From Gekko japonicus (Eukaryota), in the NCBI RefSeq assembly GCF_001447785.1, contig NW_015168044.1, positions 2,775,343 to 2,838,665 of the forward strand: a stretch of DNA of 63,323 nucleotides, given 5' to 3'. Within the stretch, counting starts at the first letter, position 1. Each line of letters opens with the position of its first letter. The position numbers were made by a program, and so were the translations under genes. The notes below the pieces were generated by a model. That model ran no database searches, was not told where the DNA came from, and saw only the letters and a list, made by a program, of their open reading frames with translations. Shown here piece by piece: positions 1 through 11,960 of this stretch.

Positions 1-603
1 AGACTTCATGTTCCTGGGATCCAAGATCACTGCAGACGGTGACTGCAGCCATGAAATTAAAAGACGCCTGCTCCTGGGGAGGAAAGCGATGGCGAACCTA
101 AACAGCATGATAAAAAGTAGAGACATCACCCTGCTAACAAAAGTCCGCATGGTCAAAGCAAATGTATTCCCAGTAGTCATGTATGGCTGCGAAAGTTGGA
201 CTATAAGGAAGGCCGAGCGCTGAAGAATAGATTCTTTTGAACTATGGTGCTGGAGAAGACTCTTGAGAGTCCCTTGGACTGCAAGAAGATCAAATCAGTC
301 AATCCTAAAAGAAATCAACCCTGACTGTTCCCTGGAAGGCCAGATAATGAAACTGAAGCTCAAATACTTTGGCCACCAAATGAGAAGGGAGCACTCACTG
401 GAGAAGACCCTGATGCTGGGAAAGAGAGAGGGTCAAAGAAGACGGGGACGGCAAAGGATGAGATGGTTAGACAGTGTCACCGATGCAACAAACATGAAGT
501 TGAGCCAACTTCAGAGGACGGCAGAAGACAGGAGGGCCTGGCGTGATCTGGTCCATGGGGTCGCGAAGAGTCGGACTCGACTGTGCGACTGAACAGCAAC
601 AAA
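1..603 (+). mobile_element. BovB (RTE-clade) LINE, 3' part running off the window edge
   Basis: Translation FLGSKITADGDCSHEIKRRLLLGRKAM...MRVPWTARRSNQSILKEI...RQRMRWLD...HGVAKSRTRL is the characteristic BovB ORF C-terminus. In-frame TGA at 221-223; CTGAACAGCAACAAA tail. Confidence 0.95.
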
Positions 604-1736
604 GAGTCTGTCTCCTCTCAAGCATGTTGTACTGCTTCAGACCAACACGTCTGCCCAATTGGATTTCAGGTAAAGTCTAGGGAAGAATATTTTTATACGT
701 GAGCTTCTGGAGAGCTACTGCCAGGCATGGTGGGCATTATATCAACCATTAAAGGTCTGACTTAGTATAGGGCATATTATGCAAGGGATTTATACGTGAG
801 CTTCTGGAGAGCTACTGCCTTAGTATAGGGCATATTATGCAAGGGATAAAAAAAACAGAACCAAAGTAATATGTGTACTGGAGTGAAGCCCAATTAGTTA
901 ACTGGTTTCAGGGAACCAATGTGACATATCCTACCTTAAGCTAGAGCTTAAGGGGCTTCTTCCAGTTTAAGTGACTCATATTGGAGGAGGAGCCACTGAA
1001 GGCTTCAAACTTTGCTCAGTGGAGTGGTAGGATATATCTCATCATAATATTTGGGAACATTAGACCAGGAAAGGACAAAGATTTAGAAGGCACTCAGATA
1101 CCACAACTAAATCATGTTTCTATTTGTTGTCTGTAATCAGATGGCTACATAGTGTAACATTAATTCTAATCATTCCCTGTTCTAAATTAGTATTAAGAGC
1201 ATTCTAATTAACCCTGCACAGCACTAGGTAGTTCCTCATTGAGTGCTTTTGCAATAGAAAGGCAATGCAAATACTTCTGCAGTGGGTACCAGTATATTTC
1301 AGACAGCCAGGTCAGAAATTTGTTCATGGATCATCCTTCCTGTCCACATGACCCCCTGCTTTCCAGTGGGCAAGAAAAAGCTTCTGAGCATTTGGTGTGT
1401 TGTTGACCAGGAATGTCCAGGAAGAGCTTAGTTCCAAAACAGAGACTGTTTGTGGAATTCAGATGGGGCAATGGCTGCTAATTTACATTGGCTTTCAAAA
1501 GATTTGACAAATTGAATTCAAGTGAATGGAAGCTAGGTGTCTCAATAACTATAAACCATGATAACTTAAGGGAGTTTTCATGTTCAGGGGCAAAATGACA
1601 ACTAGATGCTAAGGATGTATAATGTGCTGCAGTCTGGTTGCTGTCAATCTGCTGTTCGCTAGTTTTTCTTTCTGGTTTAGTTTGATGGTTGAGTTGGTCT
1701 GTGGATTTTTCATTCACTGTTGCTACCATGTGTGAT

Positions 1737-2045
1737 ATTTATTTATTTATTTATTTATTTATCAGACGGGGTGTATAGTCATATAAAACATGTAACCAAG
1801 TTGAGACAAGGGTATATAGACAGACTGAACAATCACGCTAAATACTACTATCTAAATTTTCAGTCCACTCAATCATAGCTGGGGAGACTTCAAAGAGCTC
1901 CGTCACATCTCCCTGGAAAGCAAGATGCTCACATTCCTGTGACAGATGAAAAATAGTTTGGCAGGCTGCACCACAATCGCATTCAGGTCCTGCTATTTTG
2001 CCCCATTTAAACAACAACCACATGTGGTACTGGGGATCCATGATC
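1737..2045 (-). mobile_element. 3' fragment of a non-LTR retrotransposon, Vingi/I-like
   Basis: Minus ORF 1838-2041 (KWGKIAGPECDCGAACQTIFHLSQEC...AMIEWTENLD) resembles the CxC...H...C C-terminus of Vingi/Ingi ORFs; followed by a (TAAA)n tail at 1737-1762. Confidence 0.6.
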
Positions 2046-3995
2046 GGATCTCCTAGTTTATAATTTGCAGTAAAATCCTAACAGTTACAGTATTCTAAAT
2101 CCACTGTAAGCAACTGTAATTCTTTTTAGGATAGCATTGTTAGTCATAAAATGCACAATACGGATAGAGACAGTAGTGTTTTCCACAAGAGGACAGGTTT
2201 TTGTGGTTTCCCCATTGCTGGTATGGCTACTGATACAGCTCGATGGCAGTAGGGCTTCCATTCCCAGTAGAGCTTGCCAAATGAAAAATCCTTTTCCTGG
2301 GTTCTTTAAAAGTCGTGCAGGGCAAAAAGGTGGGATTTCTGACTGGGGAAACTGTGGGATAGAAGTGTTACCCTCCATTCACTGGTGCCATGGCTGCAAT
2401 CTACACGGGCTTCTCCACACCTGCTTTTGGAAGCTATTATCACACATCTGATATCAGTTCTCCAATGTCTCATGTAGTTTGGCTTTTTGCCATCTTTGGC
2501 ATCAACTGAGTAAATGGTGGGATCTTTTAAACAGATATATGTCATAAACACAGGACAGCCTATTACTACAGGCACTTCTGGAAATGTCAGACGACAGTGG
2601 AGAGGTGGCCGGAGTGGGGTGCTGAAACTGCTCCATGCTTGACATTTTCAGGGTGGCAGGGGAGGAATGGCCCTAAACTTATAGCCCTCATAACTGTAGA
2701 GTTGAGAAGTCCTTCTGTTGTCTTGTTTTTGAAACTCCATGTAGTGAAAGCAACCAGTACAAGCCACTGAACATTTTTATCTCTTATTGTTCCTTTGTTC
2801 TTCTCTTCCGGTCTTTATGTGAAGCTGAATCTCAGTCTGAACGTTTTGTCAATTCCATGGTTCTTGGTCACATCAGCTGACCGAAATACAGGCAGTGTCC
2901 ACCATATGCATGCCACTGGCCTCTTGCATACAACCCTTCATTATTTCATTTGTTCCATATTGTTACCAGTGGGTAATTACTCGGAATTTAAAAAATGGTG
3001 CTGACAACCACAATCTTGTCTGGAAGCCTACTACTGAATAGGTGGTGGGCGGTTGCAGTTTCCCAGGTGATAGGAAAGGCATTCTACAGATATTCAGAGA
3101 CCTTTTCCCCCTTTATATTAATTCACATGACCTAGAACTGAGCCCAGTTATTGTAAATAGGTTCCAAAGCTTCACCAAAGTGCACCTGGTCATAAATTAC
3201 TCTTTGTCTTACAAAGGGTATGGAGGAGTTTCCATTTTTCCTCTCTCCCTACCATAGCAACAAAAGCACTGCTGTTACTAGTGTATGGAGTCTGCCCAAA
3301 GTCACAGAGAGGTAAATTAAATCTGCTGTGTCTCTTTTCCCCACAGTTGAGCAATTTTACCTTCTCAATTACCTGAACAGCTGGAAAGACAGATGAGATC
3401 TCCGGTTCCCTTCCCTCCACGGTCCCTATTCTGTTGTGCAGCCATGCATTCCACCACCCCACAAGCCTGTCTCGTTGCTTGTGGACTTTAGGCTGAACTC
3501 TACATCCTGCTTCCTACTAGAGCAGTTTCATTAACAGATCTCTTCAGAAATACATGGATGCCTGATGTAAAGCCAATTAAACCCTTCACCCAGCTGTCAG
3601 GCAGGGAGCCATTTAAGAGAAATATCACAACTGATACCTCTTTCTTTTTCCAAGCTGACAGCTAGAAAACCACAGTATGACTGCCAAACAGTAGTTGATT
3701 TGCCCTGGGCCTTGGCCTTCTCTCAGCCACTGATTGCAAAGTGCATGGCACCCTTAGAAATTGGGATGCCCTGTAATCACACATAAATAAAAGCATGTAC
3801 TTGTGGCTGTAAGAGACTGTGTGTGCATCTATGCAATACTTTCCATTCATGCCATGAAAGTGTTCTGTTATTATTTCATTTACAAGCAGAAACCTGCAAG
3901 GACTTGCAGGAGGCATCTCATTTCCCCCTCCTCCACTATTTCCTCTTTGCCTTTTCTGAAAGCCCCCATAGACTCTTCCCATTTCCCACTTCCTT

Positions 3996-4497
3996 TAGGG
4001 TTGCCAGCTTCAGGTTGGGAAATTCCTGGAGATTTGGGGGAGGAGCCTTGGGAGTTAAGGTTTGGGGAGGGAAGCAACCTCAGCAGGATATAATGCCATA
4101 GAGTTCACACTCCAAAACAGCCATTTTCTCCAGGGAAACTGGAGACCAGTTGTCATTCCGGGTGATCCCCAGCCAGTCTTCCCAAGTACTTACCGTGATT
4201 CGGTGGGGGACGAAGACGTCTTCGCAGGATCATTCCTGCGGGGACAACAGACGTGCCGCACCATGCCGTCGCTAGGAAGTGACGCCGGGTGACGCTCTGG
4301 CAATGGGGCCAGAAACTCTAATGTACCATCAAATTTTCAGCCCCATTGCCAGAGCGTCGCCCAGTGCCATTTCGTGGCGACGGCATGGTGCGTTACAAGG
4401 AGAAATGTTCCGGCCAGGGAGCATGTGTCCCCCACCGGATTGCGGTAAGTACTTGGCAACCCTATCCCCAGCCCCAATCTAGAAGTTGGCAACCCTA
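3996..4497. mobile_element. TAGGGTTGCCA-terminated non-autonomous hAT-like element, host of a nested MITE
   Basis: Begins TAGGGTTGCCA and ends TGGCAACCCTA. Related fragments recur at about 5470-5637, 56687-56960, 57110-57280, 58115-58305, 59110-59215 and 61710-61920. Confidence 0.7.
4174..4464. mobile_element. CpG-rich hAT-type MITE nested in the previous element
   Basis: About 37-bp imperfect TIRs (...CCAAGTACTTACCG...CGGTGGGGGA); exact 8-bp TSD TCCCCAGC at 4166-4173 and 4465-4472; central hairpin. Confidence 0.85.
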
Positions 4498-4732
4498 GCC
4501 CATGAAGAAAATGGCTGCTTTAGAGGGCATTATGGCATTATACCCTTCTGATGTCCCTCTCCTCCTCAAACCCCATCCTTCCCAGGCTCCACCCTACAAA
4601 TCTCCAGGTATCTCCTTCCCAATCAATAGCCAACCTATCTTAATCTACCCCTGTCTTAATCCCCGCCCCCTGGAAGCCTCCACCTAGGAAAACTGTGTCC
4701 TAGTTTTGTAGTGCCAACCACTGGTTCAGGCC

Positions 4733-4969
4733 TAGGGCTGCCAAGTGGGGGCGGGGGGCGGGTAAACCCCCGCTTTGGAGGCCCGATTTCCGCCGCCGCG
4801 GAATCGGGCCCTGGGGGGAACCCCATCCCTTGTATGGCCGTGGCCCCGCCCCCAGCGTGCCTGGCGTCCTCCCGTCACTTCTGGGTGACGTGCGTGCGGC
4901 ACGTGCGCACGCACAAGACGCCGGCCGGGAGCCCCACCGTTCCTGGCGAAGATACACTTGGCAACCTTA
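4733..4969. mobile_element. CpG-rich hAT-type MITE
   Basis: TAGGGCTGCCAAGT...ACTTGGCAACCTTA termini; exact 8-bp TSD TTCAGGCC at 4725-4732 and 4970-4977. Confidence 0.85.
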
Positions 4970-7900
4970 TTCAGGCCCACTTGCATGGCAGGGAACCCTC
5001 AAGGACTTGTAGGGTGGCACCTCACTTTCCCTGTATCCCCCTGCCCACACTGTATCCTCTTTCCTCCCCCCTGTCAACCCCCTCATATCCTCTCCCTTTC
5101 CCCTGCCTCATTCTCAGCCGTTCACCAACCAACCTTTTGTCTACCTTACATCTTTTGCCTACCTTCCAGCTATATTTATTATTTATTTTCTTCATTTATA
5201 CCCCACCGTTCTCCACAGTGGGGACAAAAAACCCTTGTTTTCCTCTTTTTTATCCACACAGCGACCTTTTAGGTAGGTTAGTCTGAGAGTATGTGACCGA
5301 TACAAAATCACAGCAAGATGGGGATTCAAACCTGGTCTCCCAGACTCTGCTCTGAAGCTCTAACTGCTATACCACACTGGCTTTCATAGAGTAGCGCCTG
5401 TTGAACAGTAGCAAGCAGCCAGGCTTAGTTGAGTCATGCAAGTTGGGTGATATCAAGTCATCCAGAGGTTGCTGCCAGGCCTAGGCTTGCCAACCTCCAG
5501 GAGGGACATGGAGATCTCCCAGAGTTACAACTCAACTCCAGATGACAGAGATCTGTTCCCCTGGAGAAAATGGCTGCTTCTGAGACTGTATCACAATATG
5601 GCCAGGAATTTCCCAACCTGGAGCTGGCAACACTAGCCAGGCCTGGCCCCAAGGAATCCTCCCTCAAAGGCTAAAGTAGTCCTGGAAAGGGACCTGCACC
5701 CTCCCCCTGCCTTTTACTCACAGAAACGTAGAATGCGGTGGTTACCTAGCAATAGGCACTGGGGGGGGGCTTCTGTTTCTTAAAGCTCCTTTTATCATTT
5801 TGGGTTTTTTAATCCCCCAGAATGTATTTTTTTATTTTAGATTTCAGATTTTTCTGCAAACCTGGGCCCCTTTTCAGCTTTGTAGGAAGATCTGCCTTGC
5901 CTGTTCACAGCTCGTCACCGGATTTATCCTCAGGTTTGGCCAACTTCGCTGTTAGATGGCACAATCCTAGTAGGCATGTTTATTCAGAAATCATACTGTG
6001 TTCAGTGGACCTTGCTCTGAAGAAAGTATGCATAGGACTGGATTGCAGTCTCAGTCTTTCNNNNNNNNNNCTAAATCCAGTATCCTCAAACCACTTATTC
6101 AGGAACAAAAGAAGTCAGTGCGATAGGTGCTGGTGTAACGCCCCTCCCAGCTATTTGGTTTAGCCCAGTAGTGGTGGAGTCAGGAACGGAGGTTGGCAGC
6201 AGAGAGAGTCAGTTTGCTAAGGAGCTTGATATGTCTTTCTGGGCTCTTATTACCTTGTATAAGGTAATTGGAAAACTATATATGTGAAAAGGTAGTTAGT
6301 AAAGGGGAGATTAATATAACTAGCAGTGCTCTAATTGTTATCCAACATTGGCTTTTCTTACGTTCTTACGTTCTTAATTGCTATTTCAGGGCTATTGCCT
6401 TTCTAGTGCAGATTGTAGGTCTGGTTAGTGTGTTGTTCAATATTTGGGAACTGAATTTATTTTGAAAGAATACATTAGAAGAATTCAGGACCTTGGTGGA
6501 TTTTAGAAAATGTTGGACTTGACCTGCAACAAAGTTTTGCAAGCAAGAACATGTTATTTAATAGAACTCAAGAGAGACTGTTTGCAACTTTCTGTTCAAT
6601 TAGACATGTTCGTTATGTTGTCCTGTATTGTGGAGTGCACTGCATTAAAGAAATCATTTTAATTTTATTTTACTTGTAAATTGTATTTTCAGCTTAAGCC
6701 CCATAGAACCCATGCAGGTAGAGGTATTGGCACATTCCTAGCCCACTTAATACTCTTGTCAAGTCCCTCTGGATTAAAAGGGATTTCTTTCCACATAGCC
6801 ATACATAAGATTGCAGTCTAAAAGTTTTTGCAGAATTTCAGTGGCTCAGGATTGCACCTATGTTGTCTTCGGGAATAATCCACTATGAAATTCTCCTGTG
6901 CAAGTTTTAAGTAATTAAAAAGGTTTATATAGTTTCCCTTCCCTGCAGATTGCACTTTTATGGTGTAGCTCAATCATTTACCTATTTCCTTAAAAGTTAA
7001 GCCCCACTCAGGTGAATGAGATTTTCTCCTGAATAAATGTCATAGACTTTAATCTCTCCACTTCTGCTATTTCTTTGTCTCCAGATGTGTTCTCTGTGTT
7101 GCCGCTACCTGTCCTGATCCTTTGGCATAAGACTGAAACTATAAATAAATCCCATTGCATCACCATTTCCATGATGTCAGTTGTTTCACTGCATAATTCC
7201 CAGTCCTTCAAGCTGAATAATGGGGCCAGATTGTTTATGAGATAGGCTCTTATGAGATGAACTACTTAAAAAAATAACTTTTATTTTTTGTGTTACCCAA
7301 AGATCAAGGAGCCTAGGTAGCCATGCTAGCACCAAGGGTCAACATGGTTCGACTTCTGCCAAGGCCCATAGCCCAGCAGAGGGCCCACTGCTGACAAGAA
7401 AGAGGTGGCCCGTGTGCTTCTACCACGAATAGGAGACCATCCATTCCAGATACCTTGCCTGGCTGGGGGTGGGGCTTATAGCAGAAAACATGCAGGATCT
7501 TATTAGATGAACCGGTAGTTAAAGAATATCAAAATTTAGTTTTATATTTAATTGTCACTGTTCTAGTAGTGTATGCAAGACACAAGACATTGCATATAAT
7601 TTCATCAAGGTAAGTGTGACTGCAAAAAGTATGGTAGCTGACAGTGACAGTCAAATAGGTGGCCTATTTTTTTAAAACAGATGTCTCAGCACATTGAAAG
7701 TGGATTGAGAACTGGTTGCTAGTTCTGCTGTACTGTTTAAACTGTTTTCAAAATACTAATTTGAATTTGGAATGACTTAATCTAATATGAAAATTAAACA
7801 ACTAGATTAATCTTAAGCATGTTTTGTATTTATACATGTGTTTTTCTATTAGTTTATATTTCATTGACTTGAATTTTTGTACTCTTGAAATTGCAAATAA

Positions 7901-8128
7901 GTATTAACATTAATTTGAGGAAGTACATAGCACTGGAAGCAATGGGACTTTTCCCTGTAGTGTGTAAATGCTGATTTCCCTGTAGTGTGTAAATGCTGAT
8001 GCCTACAGAAACCAGTGGTAATGCATTTCTTAGACTGCCCTGATGGGATGTATGTTTGACTGCTTCTCTCCGGGGAACAAAATACTCTATGCACTTTGAA
8101 CCCAAGCCTTTTCCTTGACAGGCTAGGT

Positions 8129-8502
8129 CAGGGGTGTCAACCATGCGGCCTGGGGATCAGATTAGGCCCCCAGAGGGCTTCTATCAGGCCCGCAGTGAAA
8201 CTGGCTGTCTTCTGCTGCTTCTTCCAGTTCTGCTGCTGCTGCTGCATCATCGTAAGTTTGCAGTTTACAGATACAGACCTGAACAGCATACTCAAGATTG
8301 CAACAGCACAGACATTTTGATGCAATAATTCAGAGCAACAGGTGTCAGTTATCAGACACTGTTAAATAAACAAAATATTGCAAGAGTGCTAATGTATATA
8401 AAGTTTACCTGGCATTACATTTTATGATACACATGGCCTGGCCCAACAAGGTCTTATTTATGTCAGATCTGGCCCTCATAACAAATGAGTTCGACACCCT
8501 TG
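8129..8502 (+). mobile_element. hAT/Charlie-type non-autonomous DNA transposon with a transposase C-terminal remnant
   Basis: CAGGGGTGTCAA...TCGACACCCTTG TIRs; exact TSD GGCTAGGT at 8121-8128 and 8503-8510; internal QFTDTDLNSILKIATAQTF resembles the hAT dimerisation-domain end. Confidence 0.85.
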
Positions 8503-8749
8503 GGCTAGGTTGTTTGATGTACACTATTTTAGATGAGGAATCATTAAAAAATGCCATCCCTACTTGCCCCCATCACTATTCCTACTATTTGATAATAATG
8601 CAACTGTTTAGCATTTATAGAGTGCTTTATAGTATTCAAAGCACTTAGCTGGAAAGAGTTGGTTCTTCATTTTGGGGGGCCCTGGGCAGAAAAGGTTCAG
8701 CTCCCCCATGCCCAAAATGAGGCCCTTTTCTTGTCCACCCACCCACTCA

Positions 8750-8956
8750 GAAGAAGAGTTGGTTTTTATACCCTGCTTTTGACTACTCAAAGGAGTCTGA
8801 GTGGTTTACAATCATCTTCCCTTCCTCTCCCCACAACGGTGGGGCTGAGAGAGCTGTGACTGACCCAAGGTCACCCAGCTGACTTCATGTGGCGGAGGAG
8901 GGGGAACCAAACCAAGCTCGCCAGATAAGAGTCCACCACTCTTAACCACTACACCC
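8750..8956 (-). mobile_element. Squam3-like tRNA-derived SINE
   Basis: Reverse complement begins GGTGTAGTGGTTAAGAGT (Pol III A-box like), with a GTGACCTTGGGTCAGTCAC core and ...GGGTATAAAAACCAACTCTTCT tail. Confidence 0.75.
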
Positions 8957-9155
8957 ATGTACTCCCACCTGCCTATACATCCTTTCTCTGCCCATTTGGA
9001 TTTTTCTCGCACCAGCTGCAGTCACAACTGCCCACACTGCTGGGTGCTAGATGGTGTGGAGCTAGGAGTGTCACTGTCATGGCCACCAGGAACGTTGATG
9101 CTTTGTGCACCATCCACAAGACCTCCTCCAGCAAAGCTAGGCAGCATATGCAGCT

Positions 9156-9509
9156 GGAAGCACAGTTGACAAAGCATTCACAAGCAGGCAGTTGAAGGGT
9201 TTGAGTGCAGGCATAAAAAGAGATGTGTGAATAGGGAGTCAGGAGGAGTGGGCCCCACCAGAAGCCATGGATCCTGGCAACTAGCCCTCCTAGGGTATGC
9301 TGACACCGGCCTTAGCTGGAGCTCTGACTTGCGGAAACACAGTTGACAAAGCATTCACAAGCAGGCAGTTGAAGGGTTTGAGTGCAGGCATAAAAAGAGA
9401 TGTGTGAATAGGGAGTCAGGAGGAGTGGGCCCCACCAGAAGCCATGGATCCTGGCAACTAGCCCTCCTAGGGTATGCTGACACCGGCCTTAGCTAGAGCT
9501 CTGACTTGG
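9156..9509. repeat. Near-perfect 177-bp tandem duplication
   Basis: CACAGTTGACAAAGC starts at 9161 and again at 9338; the units differ at very few positions. Confidence 0.9.
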
Positions 9510-9740
9510 GGAAAGTATCATCTGTTGATTCTCTGCCTCTTTTGCAACTTATAAAAGCACACCTACATGGTCAGATGAAAGAAAAGTTAAGTTGAATAAG
9601 TAGTGCTGTGTTTTTGGTGGTGTGCAGCAAATAGGGCAGCTTTTTCCTTGCAAACCTAGCATCAACTATTTAAATGCCTCAAGTTATAAAAATATGCAGA
9701 GCCTAAGCAGAGGAAGGAGGGAGCATGTATAATAATTTTT

Positions 9741-11075
9741 TTAGTAAACAATCGTGGCTACAAATAGAGCAACAAGAAATACTTCCAAAACCCCTACATT
9801 AAATCATCTGGCATTCTCTCAGTGGGGCTTTTTTGACATCTCTACATAACCCATTTTTAAAGTATACACTACAACTATGGCAGAAATATAGACAAATATT
9901 GGCCCCAGGTGTTTCAACCATAGCTGCACTGTTCGGACAGACCTGGTTCCCTCTGGGCATGGACTCCTCCTTTTTATATAAGATTAGAGACAAAGGTATA
10001 TTTAGAATTGGTGATTTTATAATTAATGAAAACATTAGTACCCAGCAACAGCTTGAAAACAAATTTGATATTACGCTTCCTTGGTTGCAATATTTTCAAT
10101 TAAATCATGCTCTACATGAACTTATCTCTTCTTCTCCATTAGATAGATCTTTAACATCTTTTGAGCAATTTGTTAAGAAACAAGGTAATGGAATACAAGG
10201 ATTGTTAGCACTAAGTGTTAAGTGTAAAAAGTTGGAAGGCACTCACTGCTATACAACAGGCTTGGCATAAAAATTGTGGTATAACATTTTCAGAAAAACA
10301 ATGGCTACATATTTGGTCGTCTAATTTATTTACAAGTCGATCTTCACAATGTAAATTACAACATGTTAAAATCTATACAAGATGGTATTTAACACTGGAG
10401 CGTTTGTTCAAAAGCAAACTTAAGGCCTCGCCTATTTGTTGGAAGGGATGCAACACAGCTGGAACCTTCATACACTGTTGGTGGGCATGTCCTAAAATTC
10501 AATCCTACTGGAACAACATTTTGAATGAAATCAAAAAATTTACTGGATACAGTCTCCATAACTCGCCGGAATCCATTCTCTTAAATTACTGGCCTGATTT
10601 ATAGCTTTCCAAACAACACAGAGAGTTAATTTCACTTCTACTTGTTGCGGCAAAGAACTTTATAGCTTCGGTCTGGAAGTTACCAAGAGTTCCTACACTC
10701 GCACAACGGAAAAACAAACTTTGGGACATAGCAGTTTCTGATAAAATAGCAATGCAATTGGTGGCAATGGACAACCCTACTTCTACCAATGACTTTTTAG
10801 GAAAATGGTTAGTGTTCTTTGATTATGTTACAGCACATCAATCGGACCAATATAAGCTACCACACAAATATAAGAACTTTGTTTTTTATTGATGGTCCTT
10901 AACATTAAGAGTGGACTATTGATAGTCAAATTATTCCATGTCTAATGTTTTCATGGTTGTAATTATTTGTTTATTCTGATTTAATAACTTTTCAATACTT
11001 CACCTGTTGTAACCCCTATACTATATTGTTATGTTTTATGTACTTAATATAAAATTAATACAATATTATTTGCAA
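9741..11075 (+). mobile_element. 5'-truncated L1/Tx1-type LINE (ORF2 3' end plus 3' UTR), frameshifted
   Basis: ORFs 9833-10270 and 10215-10604 include CWKGCNTAGTFIHCWWACPKIQSYW (L1 C-terminal zinc knuckle); candidate TSD ATAATAATTTTT at 9729-9740 and 11076-11087. Confidence 0.85.
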
Positions 11076-11337
11076 ATAATAATTTTTATAAATTTATTTT
11101 TTCCCTTTCAGATTGTATTATGAAATAGGGTTGTGGGCTTCAGAGGAATGATACTCAATGGGCACTAAATGTAAATTATTAAATTCATGCATTTTGTGCA
11201 GAATGTATTTTTTTAAGAAAAGGGGTTCAGAAATTACAATGGAGAGAGGCAGCTAGATTTCCAGACCCCAGACCCCTCCAAAAGCCTTTCTTACAGAAAA
11301 CTGGGGTCTGTCTCATTGATTAGAAAACGGTGCTTTC

Positions 11338-11416
11338 CCAAAGTGAGCCGTGACTCACAAAAGCTCATCCCCTGCCACAAATTTTGTTAGCCTTTAAGGT
11401 GCTACTGGACTCCTGC
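11338..11416 (+). mobile_element. Penelope-derived short remnant
   Basis: GTGAGCCGTGACTCACAAAAGCTCAT...TTTTGTTAGCCTTTAAGGTGCTACTGGACTC, the same family as 26135-26195, 48217-48304, 52430-52510 and 54680-54935. Confidence 0.65.
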
Positions 11417-11649
11417 NNNNNNNNNNNNNNNNNNNNNNNNNNNNNNNNNNNNNNNNNNNNNNNNNNNNNNNNNNNNNNNNNNNNNNNNNNNNNNNNNNNN
11501 NNNNNNNNNNNACCAATTCAATTACACCTGAGTAAGTCCCATTGAACAGCTTCGCTTTCTTCACATTACTTTGCGACCTGTGAGAAAGGCATGCTATAAA
11601 TAAAACCTCAATCAAACTCTCCCTCGGCTTCCTGTTCTTCACAGCTGAC

Positions 11650-11960
11650 ACCGGAGAGAGCAAGGGTGGATGAGTCTCTGCGAGGAAAGGAAGGGGAGGA
11701 GAGATTGCCCTTAAAAAACATGGCGGAGCAGATCATTTCCCTTCCTCGGTGAAGCTTCTCAGTAACAACTGCGACGGGGAACTACCGTTTTCAAAGATGG
11801 CCGCCTGCTTACGTACGCATGCGTGTTAAGGGGATGGGAAGTTTCGTGTCCTAAGTGGACCACCGGCTTGAATCTGGCCTTGTCGCTGCTGGAGCCTGCT
11901 GGGGCGACGTTTCTCCTTTAATGTAGGTTGAGATTTTGGCGGAACGGCGGGGTGGTGGTG
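11650..11960 (+). promoter_or_regulatory. POLR3D: CpG-rich promoter and probable non-coding first exon of POLR3D
   Basis: Local CpG cluster about 3 kb upstream of the first coding exon; two YY1-type motifs (AACATGGCGG 11717-11726, AAGATGGCCGCC 11794-11805) and an NRF1-like CGCATGCG near 11816. Confidence 0.7.

Noticed and set aside
2060-2580. Decayed PRY-SPRY (B30.2) exon on the minus strand (GKGF/SFGKLYWE)
   Set aside because: Only one short motif needing a frameshift; the flanking sequence does not align convincingly.
4711-5286. 191-aa ORF and CpG island
   Set aside because: Spans a GC-rich MITE and pyrimidine-rich low-complexity DNA; no protein family signal.
11520-11800. miR-320 hairpin upstream of POLR3D, as in mammals
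   Set aside because: I did not see the mature AAAAGCTGGGTTGAGAGGGCGA sequence on either strand; an adjacent N gap limits certainty.
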